A DNA stretch of 63,769 bases, filler included, from Alphaproteobacteria bacterium (GTDB lineage: Bacteria > Pseudomonadota > Alphaproteobacteria > Caedimonadales > UBA9215): assembly GCA_024280495.1 (NCBI GenBank). It is 6 parts of 6 records of this genome, joined end to end, with 100 filler letters (N's around TTAATTAATTAA, not from the genome) between each part and the next. Parts side by side here need not be neighbours in the genome. Positions count along the whole stretch, not along the records: positions 23,764 to 36,217 come from JAJRPZ010000053.1; positions 36,318 to 41,239 come from JAJRPZ010000054.1; 4 more parts are not named here. One strand, 5' to 3'. Positions 29,901 through 38,566 of this stretch are shown piece by piece (the first letter of the stretch is position 1; every line of letters begins with the position of its first letter). Both the position numbers and the translations under genes were made by a program. The notes under the pieces were generated by a model. That model saw only the letters and a program-made list of their open reading frames with translations. It did no database searches and was not told where the DNA came from.

Positions 29901-30371
29901 ATGTGGGGTTCCTTTGCAGAAAAAACAACGGATTTTTTCTCCAATGGTCCCCATTTACCAGATTTTAAAACTTCCTATGATCAAGTGAAATCTTTGTTAA
30001 TCAATCCGAGCTTTCAGGACATATTTTTTCATAAAGGGTTCGCAGAAGTTGCGATCCAAGGAGAAATTGATATCTCCCCTTTGGGTTTACAAAAATTAAA
30101 ACAGAAATTCAGTGGGCAAATTGACCGATTGATTTTTAAGAAAAACACCATTAGCGTTGTTGATTTTAAAACCAGTTATAAAGTCCCTAAAAACAAGAAA
30201 AATGTGCCACGGTCTTATTTAGGGCAGATTTATATTTATGCAAGAATGATCGAGGATATGTATCCAAATTGCATTGTTATTCCTGAAATAATTTGGGTAC
30301 GATCAAAAAAACGTCTTTCTTTCTCCTGTGATGAAATTGCTCAAATTTTGAAAAAAGCGGATTCTCTTTGA
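26964..30371 (+). CDS. addA: Double-strand break repair helicase/nuclease AddA
   Basis: ASAGTGKTKVLTDRVLRLLL, VDEAQDT, VGDRKQSIYSFQGA, MTVHGAKGL, LYVAMTRA, GQIDRL, VDFKT. Confidence 0.95.
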   Translation: MPLKKTISLDPSSLQRMASSPQNSVWVDASAGTGKTKVLTDRVLRLLLAGTAPSKILCLTFTKAAAAEMQHRIFQRLSLWSTCPQETLFLSLKDLLGYQSSPEQVQKSRVLFFDLLDDPYGLKVQTIHGFCQKLLGRFPREAGIQGDLKLMDEAKQTEISKTLLQEIILKIDGETSFDKGGLSWSFQYLMTYYKPSYILTLLQNNLWNPGCKQALNKQELSPIKSRLESYFNCDFHQNSQLILSAYCVNAQEFLKLVDALKEGSENDQKKIDILKNVAEQGLTPDNYKEYAAVFFTTKNEPRKRLATKKVEKNFPQLISFFEKEIEKLTYTLPKLSSQASLEGSYAFSVLLKEFMDAYGAYKTKNSCVDFDDLVSMSADLLSKNQGVSWVLYKLDGGLDHIMVDEAQDTSPDQWQIILKLAEDFFTGETARKNNRTLFVVGDRKQSIYSFQGAEPDLFNHLRFYFENKIQAAQKKWLQISLDTSFRSTAPILDIVDAVFQTPEYGLKSDHQSFKKGQWGRLSLWPLVSPEKDPHLSLDEESYVPSPSAQLAQNIAEDIKKRLADKSTKASHFLILVQRRSSFMYQMIRALKKKNIPIAGPDRFQLMDHLAAQDLVALGQFLMLTQNDYALASVLKSPLFDLNDNDLMCLRQGKDKNKSLWQAIQGHTSYERSVSLLKELLQKKDQGSLSDLYAYVLKNQKGRQKFRSRMGGDCDDVLDEFMNLSFTYEHQENLGLQGFISYIHATNPVIKRDFSGSDLNAVRIMTVHGAKGLQAPIVYLPDTVRIPLSRSPLSFQEKEQNENQNQKGTFLVWHLPSSDSFLSLNGEEPPKEDLDEYYRLLYVAMTRAENELIIMGFETTKETSLQSWYKIVEDVMVHKGKKTQSGKYVYESGTHLSTVPILEKKETILPLEPKVPSWISKNPMVEIGAPEPLSPSLFLQDIWGDSDRAKPDNEDFAERAKIDGFFIHKLLEELPIKNPMMWGSFAEKTTDFFSNGPHLPDFKTSYDQVKSLLINPSFQDIFFHKGFAEVAIQGEIDISPLGLQKLKQKFSGQIDRLIFKKNTISVVDFKTSYKVPKNKKNVPRSYLGQIYIYARMIEDMYPNCIVIPEIIWVRSKKRLSFSCDEIAQILKKADSL

Positions 30372-30425
30372 CTTTTTCCATATAAGACAGCTATATATGA
30401 ATAAATTCTAAGAAAGCTTTGCATT

Positions 30426-31817
30426 ATGAAAGTCGCCATTATTGGTCGCCCAAATGTTGGAAAATCGACCCTTTTTAACCGATTGGTGGGTAAAAAGGTC
30501 GCCATTGTTGATAACATCGCTGGTGTGACACGAGACTGGCGTTCTATGCCAGCGAAATTAGGAGAAATCTCTTTTGAACTCTTAGATACAGCTGGACTTT
30601 TGGGTTTCGAAGATGAGCTTTTATTCCGTCAAATCGAAGAGCGGACCCTAGCCATCCTTGAAACAGCTGATCTCATTTTATTAACCGTTGATGGTCGTGA
30701 AGGTCTTGTCGCCAATGATGAAAATCTTGTGCGCAAGATGCGTAAGACCCTTAAAGTTAAGATGGTTTTAGTTGCCAATAAGTGTGAAAATTCAAAAACA
30801 GAACAGAACCTTGGTGAGTTTTATAAACTGGGCCTTGGAGCACCCATTGCCATCGCAGCCGAGCACGGCATTGGCATGGAAGAACTTTATGATGCTTTGA
30901 AGGAACGTACCCTTGAACTTGGCGAAGAACATGCTGAAAACTTTGCTGACGATGCTGAGGAAAACCATGACTCTTTTGATCCAGACGCAGCCCCTGAAGA
31001 TGTCACTCAACGTACACTAAACCTTGCTATTATTGGTCGACCAAATGCAGGAAAGTCAACATTGGTAAACAAGCTCATTGGTGAAGATCGTTTGCTTACA
31101 GGTGATATGCCTGGGGTAACACGGGATTCCATTCATTTAGATTGGCACTATAAGGGGCGTAATATTCGTCTTGTGGATACAGCAGGCATGCGCAAAAAGG
31201 CACGCATTAATCAGCGTCTAGAGAGCCTTTCTGTTGGGGATACTCTCAAAACAATTCGCTATGCGGAAATGACAATTTTATTGTTGGATGCGCAAATGCC
31301 CATGGAAAAACAGGATCTAACCATCGCTGCCCATGTGATTAATGAGGGCCGAGCTCTTGTGATTGCAGTGAATAAATCTGATCTCGTGAAGGGCGATTTT
31401 CTAACGGAGCTTCGCCATGAATTGAAATATGTTTTGCCACAAGTGAAAGGCATTCCTTTGATTTCGATCTCGGCCAAAAATGGCCGTAATCTTGATAAAT
31501 TGATGGAACATGTTTTTCATCAAGAACTTTTGTGGAACACTCGTATCGGAACCGCTGTTTTGAATCAATGGCTCGAGGACACAACAAGCCATCATCCACC
31601 GCCATTGGCTGGTGGTGCCCGTATTCGTTTGAAATACATGACGCAAATTAAAACCCGTCCCCCAACTTTTATTATTTTTATTTCAAAACCAACGGAACTT
31701 CCAGATTCTTATTTGCGTTATCTGATGAATCAAATGCGTCAAGATTTTGATCTACCAGGAGTGCCCATTCGGATCCAAGTGAGAAAGGGCAACAACCCTT
31801 ACCATAAGAAAAAATAA
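30426..31817 (+). CDS. der: Ribosome biogenesis GTPase Der (EngA)
   Basis: Two G-domains GRPNVGKS and GRPNAGKS, DTAG, NKxE/NKxD, C-terminal KH-like domain. Confidence 0.97.
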   Translation: MKVAIIGRPNVGKSTLFNRLVGKKVAIVDNIAGVTRDWRSMPAKLGEISFELLDTAGLLGFEDELLFRQIEERTLAILETADLILLTVDGREGLVANDENLVRKMRKTLKVKMVLVANKCENSKTEQNLGEFYKLGLGAPIAIAAEHGIGMEELYDALKERTLELGEEHAENFADDAEENHDSFDPDAAPEDVTQRTLNLAIIGRPNAGKSTLVNKLIGEDRLLTGDMPGVTRDSIHLDWHYKGRNIRLVDTAGMRKKARINQRLESLSVGDTLKTIRYAEMTILLLDAQMPMEKQDLTIAAHVINEGRALVIAVNKSDLVKGDFLTELRHELKYVLPQVKGIPLISISAKNGRNLDKLMEHVFHQELLWNTRIGTAVLNQWLEDTTSHHPPPLAGGARIRLKYMTQIKTRPPTFIIFISKPTELPDSYLRYLMNQMRQDFDLPGVPIRIQVRKGNNPYHKKK

Positions 31818-31861
31818 AATGACTGTAGATAAAAAATGTTAGACGAGTAGGGAATTTTGCC

Positions 31862-32896
31862 ATGGATAAAAGAACATATTTTAATAAAGTTGCCATTGTT
31901 GGAGCAACAGGGAACGTGGGTCGTGAGGTTTTGGCAACCCTGGCAGAGCGTAAGTTCCCAGCTAAAAAAGTTGTGGCTTTGGCATCTGAAAGCTCCCTTG
32001 GCAAGGAAGTTTCCTATGGCGAAAACGAACTCCTTTCCGTTGAAGCACTTCCCCATTATGATTTTTCTGGAACGGACCTTGCTTTTTTCTGTACCAATTC
32101 TGATGTCGCCCGTGATTATGTAAAAAAAGCAACGGCAGCAGGCACCCTTGTCATCGATTCTTCTTCGGAATTCCGCCTTGAGCCTGGAGTCCCTTTGGTT
32201 ATCCCAGAAGTAAATGGCCATGTTCTTGACACAGCACCAAAAAAAAATATCATTGCCAATGGAAATTGCGTAGCCATTCCTTTATGTCTGGTTTTGAAAC
32301 CTTTGCATGATATTGCCCCCATTAAACGTGTGGTTCTCTCAACGTACCAGTCAGTTTCAGGGGCAGGACAAGCCGCCATGGATGAACTCTTTAACCAAAC
32401 AAAAGCTATCTTTGTGAACGAAGATCAAAAACCCCAAGAATTTACAAAACCCATTGCTTTTAATGTCATTCCTCACATTGATGATTTTGAAAAGGGAGGT
32501 GCAACAGGTGAAGAAACAAAAATTGCCATGGTAACTAAAAAAGTTTTGGACCCAAAAATTAATATCATGGCTACCTGTGTGCGTGTGCCTGTTTTTATTG
32601 GACATTCCATGTCAGTAACCATTGAATTTGAATCGGAAATCACACCTACCCAAGCCCGTCAATCCTACGGTATCGAAAAAGGGGTGTTGCCTCTGGATCG
32701 TCCCGAAGAAGACGGTTATGTCACACCTTTGGAAATTGCTGGTGAAGATATGGTTATGGTGAGTCGCATCCGCCGTGACACGACTGTTCCCCATGGTTTA
32801 GCTTTGTGGATTGTTTCTGACAATCTTCGCAAAGGGGCCGCCTTAAATGCAGTCCAGATAGCGGAAACACTACTTACCAAAAAAACAAAGGTATAG
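31862..32896 (+). CDS. asd: Aspartate-semialdehyde dehydrogenase
   Basis: VGATGNVG, ANGNC, STYQSVSGAG, CVRVPVFIGHS, DNLRKGAALNAVQIAE. Confidence 0.96.
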   Translation: MDKRTYFNKVAIVGATGNVGREVLATLAERKFPAKKVVALASESSLGKEVSYGENELLSVEALPHYDFSGTDLAFFCTNSDVARDYVKKATAAGTLVIDSSSEFRLEPGVPLVIPEVNGHVLDTAPKKNIIANGNCVAIPLCLVLKPLHDIAPIKRVVLSTYQSVSGAGQAAMDELFNQTKAIFVNEDQKPQEFTKPIAFNVIPHIDDFEKGGATGEETKIAMVTKKVLDPKINIMATCVRVPVFIGHSMSVTIEFESEITPTQARQSYGIEKGVLPLDRPEEDGYVTPLEIAGEDMVMVSRIRRDTTVPHGLALWIVSDNLRKGAALNAVQIAETLLTKKTKV

Positions 32897-32946
32897 CCAG
32901 AAGCCTAAAATATAAAAAAATGGATGACTCATATAGTAGTTTAATT

Positions 32947-35019
32947 TTAAAATACTGCACGTAAACCAGCACCCCACTTGAAATCTGAATCATAGCCAAT
33001 TGTTAAGAGAGCATTTTTCGTCATTTCGTAGGACAGGCCAAAGCGGTGTTCTTTATTTGTATTCCATACCCAATCAAATTTCACACGGGAAGTCAGTTGC
33101 AATGTTGACCCTAAACCAAAGCGGACTTTTCCTTTTGAATCGAGACGCAAGTCTGACTCAATTAAGAAAGGTAGTATGTAATGGACCCCAATGATTGCTG
33201 TCCCTTCTTGTTTTTTATTGGATCCTGCACGTTCGATATTGGCACCGACATATACATCCAGAAATCGAGTAAAATTTCTTTCATACATAAGATCCACATC
33301 ATATTCTTTCTTATAATTGTAATCAAACTCAGCAACAAAGGCATTGCGAGAATTTGAGGCCCTCAGCCTTCCCATGATCATTTGGGATAAAGCACTCACA
33401 TCTGCCCCGTAATACCAATGGTCTTGAGTCAGCATTTTTCTTGTAAAGTCCGTGACTTGAGTTGAATCCTCATAGGAGACAAATCGCGCCATACCATTTT
33501 TCATGTGGTATAAATTGTGGCAATGAAAGAACCAATCTTTTTCTTCATTGGCTTCAAATTCAATTTCAATGGTTTCCATGGGGGCAACATTAACGGTGTG
33601 TTTCAAAGGACTTTTCTCACCCTGCCCATTTAAAACTCGGAAAAAATGACCATGTAAGTGCATGGGGTGATTCATCATGGTTTTGTTAATTAAAATAAAT
33701 TTTACGTTCTCACCTTTTCGGATAAATATAGTGTCTTCTTCCTTCAATGTTTTATTATTGATGGACCATACATATCGTTCCATATTTCCCGTTAACTCAA
33801 GATTCACAACGCGCTCGGGTACCCCTTTTGGAAGAGATGTGTTCGAGAGGGATTTAATATTTTTGTAATTTGATAAATACGCGATGGTTTTATTTTTTTT
33901 CTGAGACATTTTAGGCATCATCATTTTATGCTGGCTATGGTCCATTTCCTTCATGCTGGAATCCATTTTTTTCATGTCATGCATACTATGGTTAATCAAA
34001 AATAAATTAGGGCGCGGAATGTCTGGTGCGAAAACTTTATGGCCAGACCCTATAAAAGTAGAGCTATACCCCGTTCCATCCTGAGCAGTGGCACGAAGTT
34101 CATAGGATCTATTGTCGGGAATTTTAACTAAAACATCATAAGTTTCAGCCATTGAAATACGCAGGCGTTTTACGTTAAGGGGCTCTATATCAACACCATC
34201 AGAAGCAATAACAAGCATGGGGTCTCCAGCAAATTCTACATTGAAATATGTTGAAGTACCTGCATTAATAAGGCGAAGCTTAACAAGTTGACCTGGTTTT
34301 GCAGCCAAAGCATTCTCTTTTTTACCATTGGAAAGAAAGGCATCATAACCCACATCGGATAAATCCATGGGCCCCATACGCGTCCATGAAGTATTAAGCC
34401 TGTTTTCTATGGCTTGAGCCCCATTTGCTAGAACACGATCCCAGGATTGTACGGAGTCCTTTTTCAAGGCATACCAATCCCCATCTTTTTTAATATTTGC
34501 CAAAACCTGATTGGGATTTTCATCGTTCCAATCGGAGAGAACAACCACATGATCTTGATGGGCAACGTGCCTCTCACCACCTTTTGGATGAAAAACAATT
34601 GAGCCATAAAGACCCCGTTGTTCTTGTAAGCCACTATGGGAGTGATACCAATATGTTCCTGAATGCCTAGCCTTAAATTTATATTTAAAGATAGAATGGG
34701 CCTTAATGGGTTGTGTTGTTAAATAAGGGACGCCGTCTTGGTCATTGGGTAATAAAAGACCGTGCCAATGAATAGAAGAATCCTCATCCAATGTATTTTC
34801 AACTGTTATTTCTAGGGTATCACCAACGGTTGCTTCGATAGTTGGGGCAGGAATTTGATTGTTGATACCAAGGGCAATAATATTTTTCCCCGTAAAATTA
34901 ACATTTTTTTCGTGGATTTTGAGATTATATTTCACTGTTTTCGCACTGAGCAAAGTTGTGAACAGGAGGAGGAAAAGGGAAAGAAAAAATCCGATTTTTT
35001 TTATTTTTTTAATGGGCAT
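32947..35019 (-). CDS. Multicopper oxidase (CopA/PcoA type) with extra C-terminal beta-rich domain; start 35019 or 35034
   Basis: All four Cu motifs: HWHG, WYHSH, HPMHLHGH, HCHNLYHMKNGM; Met/His-rich linker; signal peptide. Confidence 0.93.
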   Translation of the reverse strand: MPIKKIKKIGFFLSLFLLLFTTLLSAKTVKYNLKIHEKNVNFTGKNIIALGINNQIPAPTIEATVGDTLEITVENTLDEDSSIHWHGLLLPNDQDGVPYLTTQPIKAHSIFKYKFKARHSGTYWYHSHSGLQEQRGLYGSIVFHPKGGERHVAHQDHVVVLSDWNDENPNQVLANIKKDGDWYALKKDSVQSWDRVLANGAQAIENRLNTSWTRMGPMDLSDVGYDAFLSNGKKENALAAKPGQLVKLRLINAGTSTYFNVEFAGDPMLVIASDGVDIEPLNVKRLRISMAETYDVLVKIPDNRSYELRATAQDGTGYSSTFIGSGHKVFAPDIPRPNLFLINHSMHDMKKMDSSMKEMDHSQHKMMMPKMSQKKNKTIAYLSNYKNIKSLSNTSLPKGVPERVVNLELTGNMERYVWSINNKTLKEEDTIFIRKGENVKFILINKTMMNHPMHLHGHFFRVLNGQGEKSPLKHTVNVAPMETIEIEFEANEEKDWFFHCHNLYHMKNGMARFVSYEDSTQVTDFTRKMLTQDHWYYGADVSALSQMIMGRLRASNSRNAFVAEFDYNYKKEYDVDLMYERNFTRFLDVYVGANIERAGSNKKQEGTAIIGVHYILPFLIESDLRLDSKGKVRFGLGSTLQLTSRVKFDWVWNTNKEHRFGLSYEMTKNALLTIGYDSDFKWGAGLRAVF

Positions 35020-35575
35020 GATTGTTCTTTCCATGGGAAGAGGTTTTTATTTTTTTTGTATCATCTTGCACGTATTGAAGAGCATCATCATGCTCTGTAG
35101 GTTCTGAATGTTGATGTGAATCAGTATTAGGAATGCGCATAACGCCAATCCCATAGCGATAAACGGCTTCGCCACCAAGCCAACCTGTTATAGAGGTGAG
35201 AAGGCTTGCAGAAATTAAAGAAATGATAATAATTCCTTTCCTTTTGCGTCCCCAAACATCTTTGATGGCATAGGCATAAATAGCAAGAAGGGCGATAAAG
35301 ACAGCCGTTGGAATGGCCCAATTTCTGTGAAGAGTCATAGCTGCATGGGACGGTTCATCGTGGGCAACGGAATTATAAACGAGCAACCCAAAAATAGCAG
35401 CAATAAACGCGGCAATTCCAGCGCCCCATAAACACCATTTTGAAGTAGTCATCAGTTCCTTGGATAGATTGGATTTAAAAATCAATCCAGCTAAGAAAAA
35501 AAACGTTGCTGTCATTATTAATGCCACTGGAAAATGTACGGCAAGTGGGTGCCAATTTGGAACTATATCGGTAAT
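35009..35575 (-). CDS. DUF2231-like membrane protein; start extended to ATT at 35575
   Basis: Frame upstream of the called GTG reads ITDIVPNWHPLAVHFPVAL; also HxxMxxH, GWLGGEAVYRYGIGV and a His-rich tail. Confidence 0.8.
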   Translation of the reverse strand: MTDIVPNWHPLAVHFPVALIMTATFFFLAGLIFKSNLSKELMTTSKWCLWGAGIAAFIAAIFGLLVYNSVAHDEPSHAAMTLHRNWAIPTAVFIALLAIYAYAIKDVWGRKRKGIIIISLISASLLTSITGWLGGEAVYRYGIGVMRIPNTDSHQHSEPTEHDDALQYVQDDTKKIKTSSHGKNNHAH

Positions 35576-35603
35576 ATGAACCTCCCCAGGCTAAAAGTAT
35601 GGT

Positions 35604-35993
35604 TTATTTTTTATCCGTTGAGTGATGGGGGTTTTTGCCTTTTTTCATCATGTCGCATCCTTTATCCATGCATGAATGCATCATTTTTCCTTGCTTGCGC
35701 ATCATTTCAGAACACAGCTTAAGTTGTGCAGGATTTGGATTTTCTTTTTCAATTTCATCGGCACATTTAGACATCATTCCAGCACGTTTTTTCATCATAG
35801 CCATCATATTTTTATCCATTTTCATACCGTCTTTTTTGGCGCCCCTCATCTTATTGCCATCCATCATGCCCATATGACCTTTTTGTGCCATCATGCCGCT
35901 GTCTTTTTTCATATGGTGTTCACCACCAGCAAAAGTGTTGGAGGCTATGAGTGCTAAAGCAAAAGTAAGTGATAATTTAAGTGTGTTTTTCAT
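35604..35993 (-). CDS. Secreted Met-rich protein, probable periplasmic copper binder
   Basis: Signal peptide ending TFA, very high Met content, HH pairs; GGGAG ribosome site; first gene of the copper cluster. Confidence 0.78.
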   Translation of the reverse strand: MKNTLKLSLTFALALIASNTFAGGEHHMKKDSGMMAQKGHMGMMDGNKMRGAKKDGMKMDKNMMAMMKKRAGMMSKCADEIEKENPNPAQLKLCSEMMRKQGKMMHSCMDKGCDMMKKGKNPHHSTDKK

Positions 35994-36026
35994 GTTTTTC
36001 TCCCTTTGTTAATGTTTAATACTCTC

Positions 36027-36046
36027 ATCAATCAATCAATCAATCA
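36027..36046. repeat. Tetranucleotide tandem repeat (ATCA)5
   Basis: Read directly from sequence. Confidence 0.9.
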
Positions 36047-36217
36047 ATTGTCTTTTTTAGGAATAGTTGTAGACCACCATTTAGCAAGGTATATGGGCAT
36101 CTTGGGGTTTAATTTAGGATGATCTATGGATGTTCCATGTGCGACAAAAACTCTTGGTGTATAATAAAGGGGGATGAAATACTCGCCCCACATGAGGGCC
36201 CGATCCAAAGCATGGCA
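36044..36217 (-). CDS. YejA-like ABC peptide-binding protein, C-terminal fragment (cut by contig end)
   Basis: Manual translation CHALDRALMWGEYFIPLYY...KWWSTTIPKKDN*; ALDRxLxWxxYxIP...WW is typical of the family. Confidence 0.75.
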   Translation of the reverse strand, partial: CHALDRALMWGEYFIPLYYTPRVFVAHGTSIDHPKLNPKMPIYLAKWWSTTIPKKDN

Positions 36218-36317
36218 NNNNNNNNNNNNNNNNNNNNNNNNNNNNNNNNNNNNNNNNNNNNTTAATTAATTAANNNNNNNNNNNNNNNNNNNNNNNNNNN
36301 NNNNNNNNNNNNNNNNN
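36218..36317. other. Artificial contig linker
   Basis: 100 nt of N with central TTAATTAATTAA. Confidence 0.98.
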
Positions 36318-36809
36318 CCCCCCTTGAAGAGCACCCAAAATAAAAATACCTAACATCGGCAAGGACCAGGAACGTAAAGTAGGTTTCACGAAAGCTAAAA
36401 TAACAGGGATCAAAAATATAATTCCAATGACTCGCCCCCAAAAACGATGTATGTATTCTAGCCAGAAAATCCCCTTAAATTCCGTCAGGGTCATCCCAAA
36501 ATTTTTGAGAGTATATTCAGGCGATGTTTGATAAAGGGCAAAAACACGTTGCCATTCTTCCGTCGTCATGGGAGGTAAAAAACCAGTGATCGGTCGCCAG
36601 TCCACCATGGAAAGTCCTGACCCTGTAAGTCTTGTATATCCACCTAAAACAACCATACCAATGATCATAATAATGGTTAAAAGGCACCAGTTAGAAAGGT
36701 TTTTAAGAGCATGATTATCTCTATTAAAATTAGAATTTACTGCATGTTGAGGCTTTTCACCTGACTTTAACGCTGCACTGATACCAAGGATGACCATATG
36801 TTTTTCCAT
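36318..36809 (-). CDS. ctaA: Heme A synthase (COX15/CtaA), 3' truncated by contig end
   Basis: GGYTRLTGSGLSMVDWRP, YQTSPEY, FKGIFWLEYIHRFWGR. Confidence 0.93.
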
Positions 36810-36932
36810 TTTTTATTCTTATGGGATTATAAAGGGTTCAAGGCAATTTGTCAGAATGAAAGTGATTCTTTCTTGAGGTTTTATAGAGAACCCGTCATAA
36901 CTAAATATCCGTTAACTAACTTAGTGGCAACC

Positions 36933-38465
36933 ATGTCCTTTTTAAACACCCTTAAAAACAGTCGAATTGAAATTCTTTCGGGACTCACCGTTGCTCTAGC
37001 TCTGGTTCCAGAGGCCGTCGCCTTTGCCTTTGTTGCAGGAGTAGATCCTTTAGTTGGCCTTTACGCAGCATTCATTGTTTGTTTTATCACGTCTGTATTT
37101 GGAGGACGTCCAGGTATGATTTCTGGGGCAACGGGGGCTCTGGCCGTTGTGATGGTTTCTCTTGTAATGCAACATGGTGTTCAATATTTATTTGCCACGG
37201 TCATTTTGATGGGGGTTATTCAAATTATTGCTGGCGTCTTTAAGCTTGGAAAATTTATCCGCATTATTCCTTATCCCGTAATGTTGGGTTTTGTAAATGG
37301 CCTTGCCATTGTTATTTTTTTGGCACAGTTAGAACAATTTCAAACCCTTGATACAACAACTGATACACTCATTTGGCTTTCGGGAAACCCTCTTTATACT
37401 ATGATTGGGCTCATTGCTCTTGCTATGGCCGTTATTCATTTTCTTCCTAAAATCACATCGGCTATCCCTGCACCCCTTGCTGGTATAGCAGCAGTTATAG
37501 CAGTGACTTCTTTTTTTGGAATTGATACAAAAAGCGTTGGAGATATGGCCAATATCGCAGGCGGATTGCCTACTTTTTCAGTTCCCACGATTCATTTAAC
37601 TTGGGAAAGTTTTTTGATCATTTTTCCTTATGCCATCACCCTTGCTGGTATAGGTCTTATCGAAAGCCTTTTAACGTTAACCCTGGTAGATGAAATAACA
37701 GAAACTAAAGGACAAAATAGCCGCGAATGCCTTGCTCAAGGATCAGCCAACGTTGTCACTGGTTTTTTTGGTGGTATGGGAGGATGTGCTATGATTGGGC
37801 AAAGCATGATTAATATTTCATCGGGAGCTAGGCGTCGTCTTTCTGGCATATCTGCTGCACTCTTCCTTCTATTCTTCATTGTAATCGCCGCACCTCTCAT
37901 TGAAACTATTCCCATTGCAGCCCTTGTGGGCGTGATGTTTATGGTTGTGATTGGCACTTTTGCCTGGGCATCTTTGCGCATCATGCATAAGATTCCAAAA
38001 GAAGATGCTTTTGTTATTATTCTAGTTTCTGGAGTGACGGTCATGCAAGATCTTGCCATTGCAGTTTTTGTGGGCGTTATTGTTTCCGCCCTTGTTTATG
38101 CTTGGAAAAGTTCAAAACATATTTCCAGTACGACTTTTCTCAATAAAAATCAAAATCAAAAAACTTATACGCTTTGGGGACCACTTTTTTTCGCCTCTAT
38201 TGAAAGCTTTAAAGAGCTCTTTACCCCTATGGACGATCCTAAAAATATTATAATTGATTTCACAAAGAGCCGTGTTTGGGACCATTCAGCCCTTGAGGCC
38301 ATCGAGTCATTAACTCTTAAATATGAGAAACTTGATAAAAAAGTAAAACTCAAAGGTTTAAGCAAAGACTGTGTGAATCTCTTATGGAAAAAAGGAATCA
38401 CAGTTATTTGCAACAAGGAAAAAGATCCGCACTACGATGTTGTTGTTGATCACTCCAAGATATAG
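36933..38465 (+). CDS. SulP/SLC26 anion transporter with STAS domain (start moved to ATG 36933)
   Basis: GLTVALALVPEAVAF, GGRPGMISGATGA, GGMGGCAMIGQS, GPLFFAS, IIIDF. Confidence 0.93.
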   Translation: MSFLNTLKNSRIEILSGLTVALALVPEAVAFAFVAGVDPLVGLYAAFIVCFITSVFGGRPGMISGATGALAVVMVSLVMQHGVQYLFATVILMGVIQIIAGVFKLGKFIRIIPYPVMLGFVNGLAIVIFLAQLEQFQTLDTTTDTLIWLSGNPLYTMIGLIALAMAVIHFLPKITSAIPAPLAGIAAVIAVTSFFGIDTKSVGDMANIAGGLPTFSVPTIHLTWESFLIIFPYAITLAGIGLIESLLTLTLVDEITETKGQNSRECLAQGSANVVTGFFGGMGGCAMIGQSMINISSGARRRLSGISAALFLLFFIVIAAPLIETIPIAALVGVMFMVVIGTFAWASLRIMHKIPKEDAFVIILVSGVTVMQDLAIAVFVGVIVSALVYAWKSSKHISSTTFLNKNQNQKTYTLWGPLFFASIESFKELFTPMDDPKNIIIDFTKSRVWDHSALEAIESLTLKYEKLDKKVKLKGLSKDCVNLLWKKGITVICNKEKDPHYDVVVDHSKI

Positions 38466-38566
38466 CTAAATAGTTTTTCATTTACGTTATTTTTTTCTAT
38501 AGTAATTTGCCTGAAAAAGTTAACTTAATGTTTTATAAGACACATTTTATAGGTAGGTGGTTACGT

